Shown here: piece by piece, positions 52,312 to 60,836 of the stretch
Layout of the letters: the number at the start of each line of letters is the position of its first letter
How positions within the stretch are numbered: position 1 is the stretch's first letter
NCBI GenBank assembly: GCA_963751525.1
Contig: CAVVUQ010000005.1
Coordinates: 10,153 to 74,152, forward strand
Source: an uncultured delta proteobacterium
GTDB taxonomy: Bacteria > Desulfobacterota > Desulfuromonadia > Desulfuromonadales > BM103
Reading direction: 5' to 3'
Length of the DNA: 64,000 nucleotides
Notes under the pieces: model-generated
The model's database searches: none
What the model saw: only the letters and a program-made list of their open reading frames with translations
Told to the model about the DNA's origin: nothing
Position numbers and translations under genes: made by a program

Positions 52312-52733
52312 TTACGAAAAGATGGGCATTTTATGGGGTGCTGCTGGTCGTATTGGTCATTTGCGGATGTGCAACGACTCAAGAGCGGTTACTTGATTCT
52401 GACTCAAGCCAAGTGCAACTGAGGAGCATTCAAACAAGAGCTTTTGATACGACAGATAGAGAAAAAACCCTGCGAACAGTCATAGCAACTTTACAGGACT
52501 TAGGATTTGTCATAGATCAGGCAGATGCTACGCTTGGTACGGTAACTGCCACGAAGTTAAATATATATGCACTTCGGGTAACTGTTTCGATTTGGCCAAG
52601 GGGCGAAACGCAAACCCTTGTCAGGGCAAATTGTCAATACGAGGACAAACCTGTCGTAGATCCAGTGCCATATCAGAAGTTTTTTACTTCACTCGAGAAA
52701 GGCATGTTTTTGGCGGCACAACAAGTCGACTGA
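52308..52733 (+). CDS. lipoprotein of unknown function
   Basis: Lipobox VICGC. 141 aa. The start overlaps the upstream stop (ATGA). Low G+C. Confidence 0.7.
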   Translation: MITKRWAFYGVLLVVLVICGCATTQERLLDSDSSQVQLRSIQTRAFDTTDREKTLRTVIATLQDLGFVIDQADATLGTVTATKLNIYALRVTVSIWPRGETQTLVRANCQYEDKPVVDPVPYQKFFTSLEKGMFLAAQQVD

Positions 52734-52795
52734 GCTGTCCCCTGATCTGTACCCTGCCAGCTTGAAAACATGGTCGAAATGGTGTAAATGGGAGG

Positions 52796-52844
52796 GGAAC
52801 TTGCGGTTGCGGGAATCATTAAAAACCGGCAAGTTCCTGTTTTG
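52796..52844 (+). terminator. hairpin terminator after the lipoprotein cassette
   Basis: ggaacttgc ... gcaagttcc stem (9 bp, long loop) followed by tgtttt. Confidence 0.5.
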
Positions 52845-52874
52845 GCTCGGGAAAACGGAAGGGGTCCGGTACCC

Positions 52875-52935
52875 CTCATAACCCGAAGGCCGCAGGTTCA
52901 AATCCTGCCCCCGCTACCAATAAAAACAGGGACTT
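52875..52935 (+). repeat. direct repeat 2 (attR-like): displaced 3' half of a tRNA-fMet
   Basis: Begins in the anticodon loop (ctcataaccc) and runs through ...ccgctacca plus 16 nt. The T stem carries a compensatory G-C where the intact tRNA has A-T. Confidence 0.85.
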
Positions 52936-52965
52936 AGCCGATTGCCGGTTGAGTCCCTTTTCGTT
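52928..52965 (+). terminator. hairpin terminator after the displaced tRNA 3' half
   Basis: agggactta ... tgagtccct stem followed by tttcgtt. Confidence 0.45.
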
Positions 52966-53431
52966 GCCCGCATATATTTTGGGGCCGTTAGAGGACCATG
53001 TAAAGAGTTGGACAGCGCTCTTTGCCCGTATCACGCCATGTCTAGAAAACGGCAGGACGGGCTATGTCCAATTTCTGCCCGATGCCGAAACAACGGCCTT
53101 CGGCTCTACAGAATTCATCGTCCTGAGGTCGCGTACCCTTTGCCCTGAGTATGTCTACCTGATGGCCCGCCCCAACGAATTTCGCGACAACGCCATCAAG
53201 AGCATCTCGGGCGCCACTGGGCGACAACGAGTCAGTGAGAAGTGTTTCGATCAGTTTTTCATTGCACAACCGGACGCCGCGACCCTCGAAAAGTTCAGTA
53301 CAATCACCACACGGATGTTCAAGCAAATTTTCGTGCTGGCGAACAAAAGCCGAAACCTCCGCCAAACCCGCGACCTGCTCCTGCCGAAGCTGATTTCTGG
53401 GAAGGTGGAGGTGAGCGGGCTGGAGATCTAA
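52949..53431 (+). pseudogene. hsdS: type I restriction-modification specificity subunit (HsdS) fragment, C-terminal part only
   Basis: LFARITPCLENGRTGYV, GSTEFIVLR and a C-terminal LRQTRDLLLPKLISGKVEV are HsdS motifs. At about 150 aa it covers only about one target-recognition half. No hsdM is nearby. The nominal TTG start lies inside the terminator hairpin. Confidence 0.7.
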
Positions 53432-53491
53432 AATTTGGGACTTGTAGGACAGCTTTGACTGATGAGACGATAACCAACGGGGCTGGAATAG

Positions 53492-53527
53492 GTCGCACAA
53501 GTCCTGTTTGTCCCATTGGTCCTATGA
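53492..53527 (+). repeat. four 9-bp-periodic GTCN units upstream of the four-helix-bundle gene
   Basis: gtcgcacaa, gtcctgttt, gtcccattg and gtcctatga start at 53492, 53501, 53510 and 53519. Confidence 0.7.
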
Positions 53528-53550
53528 AATGCACTATCCAGGAGGGGAAA

Positions 53551-54201
53551 ATGCGCGAGGGGTTCATTCCGCCGCACGGCGGCTACCGCAACCTGTTGTC
53601 CTACCGGAAGGCGGAGATCGTTTACGATGCCACGGTGTGGTTCTGTGATCGCTACATCGACCGCCGCAGCCGCACCCACGACCAGATGGTCCAGGCGGCC
53701 CGCTCCGGAAAGCAGAACATCATCGAGGGGAGCATGGCCTCCGGGACCTCGAAGGAAATGGAGATCAAGCTGACCAACGTGGCCCGCGCCAGCCTTGAGG
53801 AGTTGCTGGCCGATTACCAGGATTTTCTGCGGACAAGAGGGCTGCGCTTGTGGGCAAAGGATAGCCGGGAGGCGGTGTTTGTCAGGGGGCTGGGGAGACA
53901 GGGTAAAAAAACTGGGACAGTTAAGACTCGTGGGACCAGTGGAATGCAAGACCACTCGTCCTACGAGTCACACAGGTCCCACGAGTCCCACGAGTCCTAC
54001 GAAACCTACCGCCCGTTCATCGAAACCCGGCCTCCCGAGGTTGTTGCCAACATTATCATCTGTCTGATTCACCAGACCACCTATCTGCTCCGCCGCCAAC
54101 TCACTGAGTTGGAGCAGGAGTTTCTGAAAGAGGGTGGTTTGCGCGAGCGCATGACCCGTGCCCGGCTTAAAGAGAGAGACATGGCCGGTCGAAGGTGTTG
54201 A
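53551..54201 (+). CDS. four-helix-bundle protein (23S rRNA intervening-sequence protein family) with a C-terminal suffix domain
   Basis: The ATG at 53551 follows ggagggg. YRKAEIVYDATVWFCDRY...QMVQAARSGKQNIIEG is typical of the family. It lies between the hsdS and hsdR remnants. Confidence 0.75.
   Translation: MREGFIPPHGGYRNLLSYRKAEIVYDATVWFCDRYIDRRSRTHDQMVQAARSGKQNIIEGSMASGTSKEMEIKLTNVARASLEELLADYQDFLRTRGLRLWAKDSREAVFVRGLGRQGKKTGTVKTRGTSGMQDHSSYESHRSHESHESYETYRPFIETRPPEVVANIIICLIHQTTYLLRRQLTELEQEFLKEGGLRERMTRARLKERDMAGRRC
53958..54011 (+). repeat. six 9-bp-periodic GTCC units inside the four-helix-bundle gene (encode SYESHRSHESHESYETYR)
   Basis: gtcctacga, gtcacacag, gtcccacga, gtcccacga, gtcctacga and aacctaccg. 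Confidence 0.75.
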
Positions 54202-54257
54202 GGAAGGGGGCTTACCGAGGAGGAAATTCGGGCGGCCATCGAGGATTCCGCGGCAAA

Positions 54258-54310
54258 ATGACTGGGCAGTTTTCCGAAAACACCCTGGTCGAGCGGCCGT
54301 CCCTTGGGGA
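54258..54310 (+). pseudogene. hsdR: probable N-terminal stub of a type I restriction enzyme R subunit (HsdR)
   Basis: The ATG at 54258 gives MTGQFSENTLVERPSLG, which resembles the conserved HsdR N-terminus (FSE..LVEQPA, from memory). Similarity is lost after about 17 codons. Confidence 0.35.
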
Positions 54311-54415
54311 CGGTCAGCCGGAGCGCCGCAATTGCGTTGCGACATCAGGGCAAACGGTCGTCCAGCCGAGCAGGTTCACAGGAGCTTCCATGACCGCCGA
54401 GCCGGGAAAACAGGG

Positions 54416-56758
54416 ATGAATATGCAAGACCAATTGACAGGAGCCGCCGGGGGGCCGGGGCGCGAGATCGATTTCCGCACCCTGGCGGACTCGATGCCCT
54501 GCCTGGTCTGGTCGACCCGGCCGGACGGTTGTCCAGATTACATGAATGCTCGATTCCAGAACTATATCGACGGGGGGCTGGAGGCTCTGCGCGGGGTCGC
54601 CTGGGCGGAAATCCTGCATCCCGATGACCGGCAGCGCAGCATCGCCGCGTGGGCCGAGGCGCTGGCGACCGGCGAGGCGTACCGGATCGAGTACCGGCTT
54701 CGTCGCGCGGTCGACGGCCAGTATCTCTGGCACGAGGGTGCCGCCGCCCCGGTGCGCGACGCGGCCGGCGTGATCGTGCGTTGGTGCGGCACCTGCGTGG
54801 ACGTTCACAAGCGCGTGGTGGCGAGCCAGACCCTGAGCGAGTCGGAAGCCAAGTTTCGCGCGTTGCACGAGAGCATGCGCGATGCGTTTGTCAGCGTGGC
54901 CATGGACGGGCGGATCCTCGACTTCAACCCGGCCTACCAGGAGTTGCTCGGTTATCCGGAGGAGGTGCTCCGCTGCAAGACCTACGTGGAGCTGACCCCC
55001 GCGAAGTGGCATGACGTCGAGGCGCGGATTGTGGCTGAGCAGATTCTCAACCACGGTTACTCCGCGGTGTACGAGAAGGAATATGTCCGCAAGGATGGCA
55101 CGTTGCTGCCGGTCGAACTGCGCACCTTCCTGATCCGGGATGATGCCGGCGAACCGGCGCTCATGTGGGCCATCGTTCGCGACATCACCGAGCGCAAACG
55201 GGCCGAGGAGGCGTTGCGGCTGGGCGAGATCCGCTACGAATCGCTGATTGAAACCACCGGCACCGGCTACGTGGTCATCGATGCGGATGGCCGCGTGCTG
55301 GATGCCAACAACGAATACCTTCGGCTTTCCGGGCACGCTTCGCTGGATCAGATTCTGGGGAGGAGTGTCATCGAGTGGACGGCCGCACATGAGCGGGACC
55401 GGAACGCACAGGCGGTCATGCAGTGTGCCCGGGACGGCTACATCAGAAATTTCGAGATCGATTATGTCGACCAGCATGGCAAGGTGACCCCGATCGAAAT
55501 CAATGCCACGGTCGTCAATCAGGGCGATGCCCTGCGGATACTGGCCCTGTGCCGGGACATTACCGAGCGCCGGCAGACCGAAGCCGGCCTGGCCGTGGCC
55601 AAGCAGGCCGCCGAGAGTGCCAACCGGGCCAAGAGCGAATTCCTCGCCAACATGAGCCACGAGATCCGCACGCCGATCAACGGCATCGTGGGAATGGTAC
55701 AGCTACTCGAATACACTGAGCTTTCCGCGGGCCAGCACGAATACCTGGAGGCCATCCGGGTTGCGTCGGACAACCTGCTGGCGCTCGTCAGCGATGTTCT
55801 CGACCTGTCGAAGATCGAGGCGGGTCAGCTCGAACAGGAACGCAGGGAGTTCAGCCTCCGGAGGAGCGTCAGCGATGTCGTCAAGAGCCAGATTTTCCTG
55901 GCCCATGCCAAGGGGCTGACCATCCGCGTCGATATCCCCGCCGACGTTCCGGACAACCTGACCGGCGACCAGTTCCGCCTCAAGCAGATCCTGCTCAACC
56001 TGGTGGGCAATGCCATCAAGTTCACCGAGCGGGGCGGGCTCAGTCTTTCAGTCAGCGTAGAGCAGCGGCAGGACGATACCGCCCGGCTCCGCTTCGAGGT
56101 GGCCGACACCGGCATCGGCATCAAGCCCGAGGCCATGGAAAGGATCTTCGCTCCATTCAGTCAGGCGGATTCCTCCATGACGCGGCGATTCGGCGGGAGC
56201 GGCCTGGGACTTACGATCTGCAAGGGGCTCACGGCAATCATGGGCGGGGAGATCCGAGCGGAGAGCCGCGAGGGGGCCGGCAGTATCTTCCATGTCCGGA
56301 TCCCCTTCGCGGTGAATGACGGTCCGACAGGGCACAAACTGTCGGAGACGGAGGAGAGGCCCCCGGCCTGGGAAGAGCGGTGCCTGCATATCCTGCTCGC
56401 TGAAAACCATGGTGCCAGCAGGATGTTCTTCGCCGAGGCGCTACGCAGATACGGGCACCGGGTCGACCTTGCATTGAATGGCGCGGAGGCTCTGGAGAAG
56501 TGGTCACAGGCTGACTACGATCTGATCCTGATGGATATCCAGATGCCGGTCATGGATGGCAGCGAGACGGTAGGCAGGATCCGCCGGGCTGAAAGGGAGA
56601 GCAATGGCCATGTCCCGATCATTGCCCTCACGGCCCATGCCATGCAGGGTGACCTGCCATACTTCTTAGAGCAGGGTTTCGATGGCTACGTGGCCAAGCC
56701 GACGAAAATCCGGGATCTGTTCCGGGAGATGCAGAAATGCCTGCAAGGCGAGACATAG
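54416..56758 (+). CDS. PAS-domain hybrid sensor histidine kinase / response regulator
   Basis: Multiple PAS-like segments, H-box SHEIRTPINGI, an HATPase region (GGSGLGLTICK) and a receiver domain (DLILMDIQMPVMDG). Confidence 0.9.
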   Translation: MNMQDQLTGAAGGPGREIDFRTLADSMPCLVWSTRPDGCPDYMNARFQNYIDGGLEALRGVAWAEILHPDDRQRSIAAWAEALATGEAYRIEYRLRRAVDGQYLWHEGAAAPVRDAAGVIVRWCGTCVDVHKRVVASQTLSESEAKFRALHESMRDAFVSVAMDGRILDFNPAYQELLGYPEEVLRCKTYVELTPAKWHDVEARIVAEQILNHGYSAVYEKEYVRKDGTLLPVELRTFLIRDDAGEPALMWAIVRDITERKRAEEALRLGEIRYESLIETTGTGYVVIDADGRVLDANNEYLRLSGHASLDQILGRSVIEWTAAHERDRNAQAVMQCARDGYIRNFEIDYVDQHGKVTPIEINATVVNQGDALRILALCRDITERRQTEAGLAVAKQAAESANRAKSEFLANMSHEIRTPINGIVGMVQLLEYTELSAGQHEYLEAIRVASDNLLALVSDVLDLSKIEAGQLEQERREFSLRRSVSDVVKSQIFLAHAKGLTIRVDIPADVPDNLTGDQFRLKQILLNLVGNAIKFTERGGLSLSVSVEQRQDDTARLRFEVADTGIGIKPEAMERIFAPFSQADSSMTRRFGGSGLGLTICKGLTAIMGGEIRAESREGAGSIFHVRIPFAVNDGPTGHKLSETEERPPAWEERCLHILLAENHGASRMFFAEALRRYGHRVDLALNGAEALEKWSQADYDLILMDIQMPVMDGSETVGRIRRAERESNGHVPIIALTAHAMQGDLPYFLEQGFDGYVAKPTKIRDLFREMQKCLQGET

Positions 56759-56893
56759 CGGCATCAGTCGCGGGGGCTCGTCGTCGGCGCCGTTGGGGGC
56801 CTTTCCCCTGGTGCCGGCTCACTTTCGGGCGAATCTGCATAGATTGTTTGCGGACAATCGCTTTATCCAATGGCCCGCGGGGAGATCACAGCT

Positions 56894-57295
56894 ATGCGCA
56901 TCTTCGTCATGCTCGGAAGTTTCAACATGTTCCTGGCCGTGGCCCTGGGGGCCTTCGGCGCACACGGGTTGAAGAGCCGGGTCAGCGCCGAGATGCTGGC
57001 GGTCTGGCAGACCGCCGTGCTCTATCACCTGGCCCATGCCCTCGGCCTGCTCCTGGTCGGCCTGCTGGCCCAGCACCTTCCCGTGAAAGCCGCCGGCTGG
57101 ACGCTCTTCACCGGGATCGTGCTCTTCTCCGGGAGCCTCTACCTGATGGTGCTCACCGATGTCCGTGCCCTCGGGATCATCACCCCCCTCGGCGGCGTGG
57201 CCTTCCTGGCCGGCTGGCTGCTCTTGGCCCTGTCGGCACTGAGGCTCGGGAGGATAGGGCGCTTCCCTCTTGACAGAGGTGGCGCGATGGGATAA
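56894..57295 (+). CDS. DUF423 (YgdD-like) membrane protein
   Basis: Four hydrophobic helices with ALGAFGAHGL and YHLAHALGLL motifs. The start is taken at the ATG at 56894. Confidence 0.8.
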   Translation: MRIFVMLGSFNMFLAVALGAFGAHGLKSRVSAEMLAVWQTAVLYHLAHALGLLLVGLLAQHLPVKAAGWTLFTGIVLFSGSLYLMVLTDVRALGIITPLGGVAFLAGWLLLALSALRLGRIGRFPLDRGGAMG

Positions 57296-57298
57296 ATA
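57270..57298 (+). promoter_or_regulatory. candidate sigma70 promoter for tRNA(CAT)
   Basis: TTGACA (57270-57275), 17-nt spacer, TAAATA (57293-57298), about 50 nt upstream of the tRNA. Confidence 0.35.
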
Positions 57299-57347
57299 AC
57301 ACTTCCTCTTGGCCGCAGGGCCATGGAGGGAAAATCAGGCAATATCC

Positions 57348-57424
57348 GGCGGTGTAGCTCAGTTGGTTAGAGCATGCGGCTCATATCCGCAGTGTCCGGA
57401 GTTCAAGTCTCTGCACCGCCACCA
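57348..57424 (+). tRNA. tRNA with anticodon CAT (elongator Met or lysidine-modified Ile2; not resolved)
   Basis: 77-nt cloverleaf. Acceptor GGCGGTG/CACCGCC, anticodon loop CTCATAT, T-loop TTCAAGT, CCA encoded. It lacks the initiator features. Confidence 0.85.
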
Positions 57425-57430
57425 TCTTGA

Positions 57431-57470
57431 CGTAACCCCCTTTCACGGCTGGAAGGGGGTTACGTGTTTG
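57431..57470 (+). terminator. hairpin after tRNA(CAT)
   Basis: Perfect 12-bp stem cgtaaccccctt/aagggggttacg with a 10-nt loop, followed by tgtttgg. Confidence 0.55.
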
Positions 57471-57478
57471 GGCCTCCG

Positions 57479-58870
57479 ATGACCGACCTCTCCCAGCGCT
57501 TCCAGCGCCATCTCGCCGCCACCGGCATGCTCCCGCCCGGTAGCCGCGTGCTGGTGGCGGTCTCCGGCGGGGCCGATTCCGTGGCGCTGCTGCACCTGCT
57601 GCACGGTGCGGCCCAGGCCCGGCAACTGGAACTGCACGCGGCGCATCTCGATCATGCCCTGCGCCCCGACAGCCCGGCGGATGCCGTGCATGTGGTGACC
57701 CTCTGTTCAGCCCTGGCGGTGCCGCTGAGCGTGGCGTGTGTCGACGTCGCCGCGCTGGCGCGGGCCGGCAAGGGCGGCGTGGAGGAGGCGGCCCGCGAAG
57801 CCCGCCGCGCGTTCCTGCGGCAGACCGCACAGATCAAGGGTTGCCACTGGATTGCCCTCGGCCACCAGCGCGACGACCAGGCCGAAACCTTTCTGCTGCG
57901 CCTGTTGCGCGGAGCCGGAACCACCGGGCTGGCCGGGATGCGCCCGGTCGATCCGCCCTTTGTCCGCCCGCTGCTGCCCTTTTCCCGGGAAGAGATCGTG
58001 GCCTGGCTGGCAGCGGCAGGGATTGCCTGGCGCGAGGATGTCAGCAACCAGGACCCGGCGTTTGCGCGCAACCGCGTCCGCCACGAGCTGCTGCCGCTGC
58101 TGGAGAGTTTCAACCCGGCCATCCGCCTGCGCCTGAACGAGCTCTGCCGGCAACTGGCCGAAGACGAGGATGACTGGGCCGGCCGGGCCGCTGCCGAACT
58201 GCAGCGCAGCGCCGAACTGACTCAGGATGAGTGCCGGTTGCCGTGCGCGGTTCTCGCCGCGGCGTCCCCGGCCCTGGCCGGCCGGCTGGTGCGCGCCGCG
58301 CTGCAGGCCGTGCGCGGCGACCTGCGCCGGCTCGATGCCGGCCACATCAAGGCGATCCTCGCCCTGGCCGCCGGGCCGCGACCGCAGCGGGAGCTGCATC
58401 TCCCCGGGGCGTGGGTCGGCCGCCGCTACGGGGAACTGCTGCTGCGCCAGGCGCCGCCCCGCCCGGTCCGGCAACCCCCTGTCGAGATCCTCGCCCCCGG
58501 CCGCTATCCGTTGGCCGACGGCCGGGTGCTCAGCGTCGCCCTGATCGCCGCCGCCCGCGGGGAAGGGGCGGATGCCGTCGAGTTCTGTGCCAGCCAGCTG
58601 TCGTTTCCGCTGCTGCTGCGCGCGCCGCAGCCGGGCGACCGGATGCATCCGGCGGGAATGGCCGGCACCAAAAAGCTGCAGGACCTGTTCGTCGATCTCA
58701 AGCTCGCTACGGAAGCCCGGGCCGCGGCGGTGCTGGTGCTGGCGGGCGGGGAAACGCTCTGGGTTGCCGGCCTGCGGCGCGCGGCCGGCCGCCAGCCGGC
58801 GCCGGGCGCCGGCCCGGTATTGCGCCTGGAACTGTCCGGGGCCGAGACCCCCGGGGCACAAAGCGCTTGA
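57479..58870 (+). CDS. tilS: tRNA(Ile)-lysidine synthase
   Basis: PP-loop VAVSGGADSVALLHLL. About 463 aa. Upstream of ftsH, as in many bacteria. The start is taken at the ATG at 57479 (the track ORF begins at 57464). Confidence 0.9.
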   Translation: MTDLSQRFQRHLAATGMLPPGSRVLVAVSGGADSVALLHLLHGAAQARQLELHAAHLDHALRPDSPADAVHVVTLCSALAVPLSVACVDVAALARAGKGGVEEAAREARRAFLRQTAQIKGCHWIALGHQRDDQAETFLLRLLRGAGTTGLAGMRPVDPPFVRPLLPFSREEIVAWLAAAGIAWREDVSNQDPAFARNRVRHELLPLLESFNPAIRLRLNELCRQLAEDEDDWAGRAAAELQRSAELTQDECRLPCAVLAAASPALAGRLVRAALQAVRGDLRRLDAGHIKAILALAAGPRPQRELHLPGAWVGRRYGELLLRQAPPRPVRQPPVEILAPGRYPLADGRVLSVALIAAARGEGADAVEFCASQLSFPLLLRAPQPGDRMHPAGMAGTKKLQDLFVDLKLATEARAAAVLVLAGGETLWVAGLRRAAGRQPAPGAGPVLRLELSGAETPGAQSA

Positions 58871-58980
58871 GGGGGTGCGCGCTTTGTGTTATATGGTTAG
58901 GATAAATTTAGCCTTGGCAAGTCCTGCATTTCACGGGATTTTTCTCACTTCAACGACAAGCTGCTGACGCAGGGGGTCAC

Positions 58981-60836
58981 GTGAACCAGTTCTATAAGAA
59001 TCTTGCACTCTGGCTGGTCATCTCGCTGGTGATGATCATGCTCTTCAACATGATGACGCAAAAGGATAAGGAACAGAAGTCGGTGCCGTACACCGTGTTC
59101 CTGACTGCGGTTGCCGAGGGGCGGGTGGCGGATGTGGTCATCCAGGGGTCGAACATCGAGGGGCAGTTCACCGACAAGACCCGCTTCAAGACCTATGCCC
59201 CCGACGATCCCGGGCTGATCGGCCACCTGACCGCCAAGAATGTCCCGATCGAGGCCCGTCCCGACGAGGACCGCAGCTTCTGGGTGACGCTGCTGGTCTC
59301 CTGGGGGCCGATCCTGCTGCTGATCGCGGTGTGGATCTTCTTCATGCGCCAGATGCAGTCCGGCGGCGGCAAGGCCATGAGTTTCGGCAAGAGCCGCGCC
59401 AAGCTGCTCAACGAGTCGTCGGCCAAGGTGACCTTCAACGACGTGGCCGGGATCGACGAGGCCAAGGATGAGCTCGAGGAGATCGTCTCCTTCCTGAAGG
59501 ATCCGAAGAAGTTCTCGCGGCTCGGCGGGCGCATCCCCAAGGGGGTGCTGCTGGTCGGCGCGCCGGGTACCGGCAAAACGTTGCTGGCCAGGGCCATCGC
59601 CGGCGAGGCCGGGGTGCCGTTCTTCTCGATCTCCGGCTCCGATTTCGTCGAGATGTTCGTCGGCGTCGGCGCCAGCCGGGTGCGCGACCTGTTCGTGCAG
59701 GGGAAGAAGAATGCGCCGTGCATCATCTTCATCGACGAGATCGATGCGGTCGGCCGCCATCGCGGTGCCGGCATGGGCGGTGGCCACGACGAGCGCGAGC
59801 AGACCCTCAACCAGTTGCTGGTGGAGATGGACGGCTTCGAGGGGAACGAGGGGGTGATCCTGATCGCCGCCACCAACCGTCCCGACGTCCTCGACCCCGC
59901 CTGCTCCGTCCGGGTCGCTTCGACCGCCAGGTGGTGGTGCCGCGCCCCGACGTGCGCGGCCGCCTGAAGATTCTCCAGGTGCACGCCCGCAAGGTCCCTT
60001 TGAGCCCGGATGTCGAGCTCGAGGTGCTGGCCAAGGGGACGCCCGGCTTCTCCGGAGCCGATCTCGAAAATCTGGTCAACGAGGCGGCCCTGCTGGCCGC
60101 CCGCGCCAACAAGAACGAGGTCAACCGCGACGATTTCGAGGCCGCCAAGGACAAGGTCATGATGGGGGCCGAACGGCGCTCCATGGTCATCACCGAGGAG
60201 GAGAAAAAGGTCACCGCCTACCACGAAGCCGGTCATGCCCTGGTGGCGATGTTCATCCCCGGCGCCGATCCGGTGCACAAAGTGTCGATCATCCCGCGCG
60301 GCCGGGCCATGGGGGTGACCATGTACCTGCCGACCGAGGAGAAGTACAACGAGACCAAGGATGGGCTGAATATCCGCATCTGCACCCTGCTCGGCGGCCG
60401 GGTCGCCGAGGAGTTGACCTTCGCCAGCGTGACTACCGGGGCCTCCAACGACCTGGAACGGGCCACCCTGATCGCCCGCAAGATGGTGTGCGAGTGGGGG
60501 ATGAGCGATCGCCTCGGCCCGCTGGCCTTCGGCGAGAAGGAAGGGGAAGTGTTCCTCGGCCGCGATTTCGGCCACGTCAAGAATTACAGCGAGGCGACCG
60601 CGGTGGCCATCGACGAGGAGATCCGCCGCATCGTCGAGGAGAGCTACCAGCGTACCCGCGCGATCCTCGATGAAAACCGCGCGGCGCTGGTCACGGTTTC
60701 GGAAGCGCTGCTCGAGCGCGAGAACCTCGACGGCAGCGAAATTCGCGAAATGGTCTTCGGTCCCGAGACGGCGCCGGCTGAGGCCGGCGGCGAGAGCTTC
60801 GCCCCGGCTCCGGAGGCCTGCGGCACCCCGGGGTGA
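58981..60836 (+). pseudogene. ftsH: ATP-dependent zinc metalloprotease FtsH, interrupted by a 1-nt deletion-type frameshift as sequenced
   Basis: The TM and AAA+ part ([19 protein letters not shown]) is in track ORF 58981-59967. [12 protein letters not shown] and HEAGH are in ORF 59718-60836. The junction is at about 59898-59903. Confidence 0.9.

Noticed and set aside
54370-54378. gcaggttca, identical to 9 nt of the tRNA-fMet T arm, as a possible third, degenerate att copy marking the end of the R-M remnant.
   Set aside because: Only 9 nt match and the flanks diverge immediately, which is compatible with chance in 64 kb.
58915-58929. A TGGCA...TGCA sequence upstream of ftsH that resembles a sigma54 -24/-12 promoter.
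   Set aside because: The GG and GC elements are 10 nt apart, versus the 12 nt I count for the TGGCAC-N5-TTGC consensus. The spacing is therefore wrong for sigma54.
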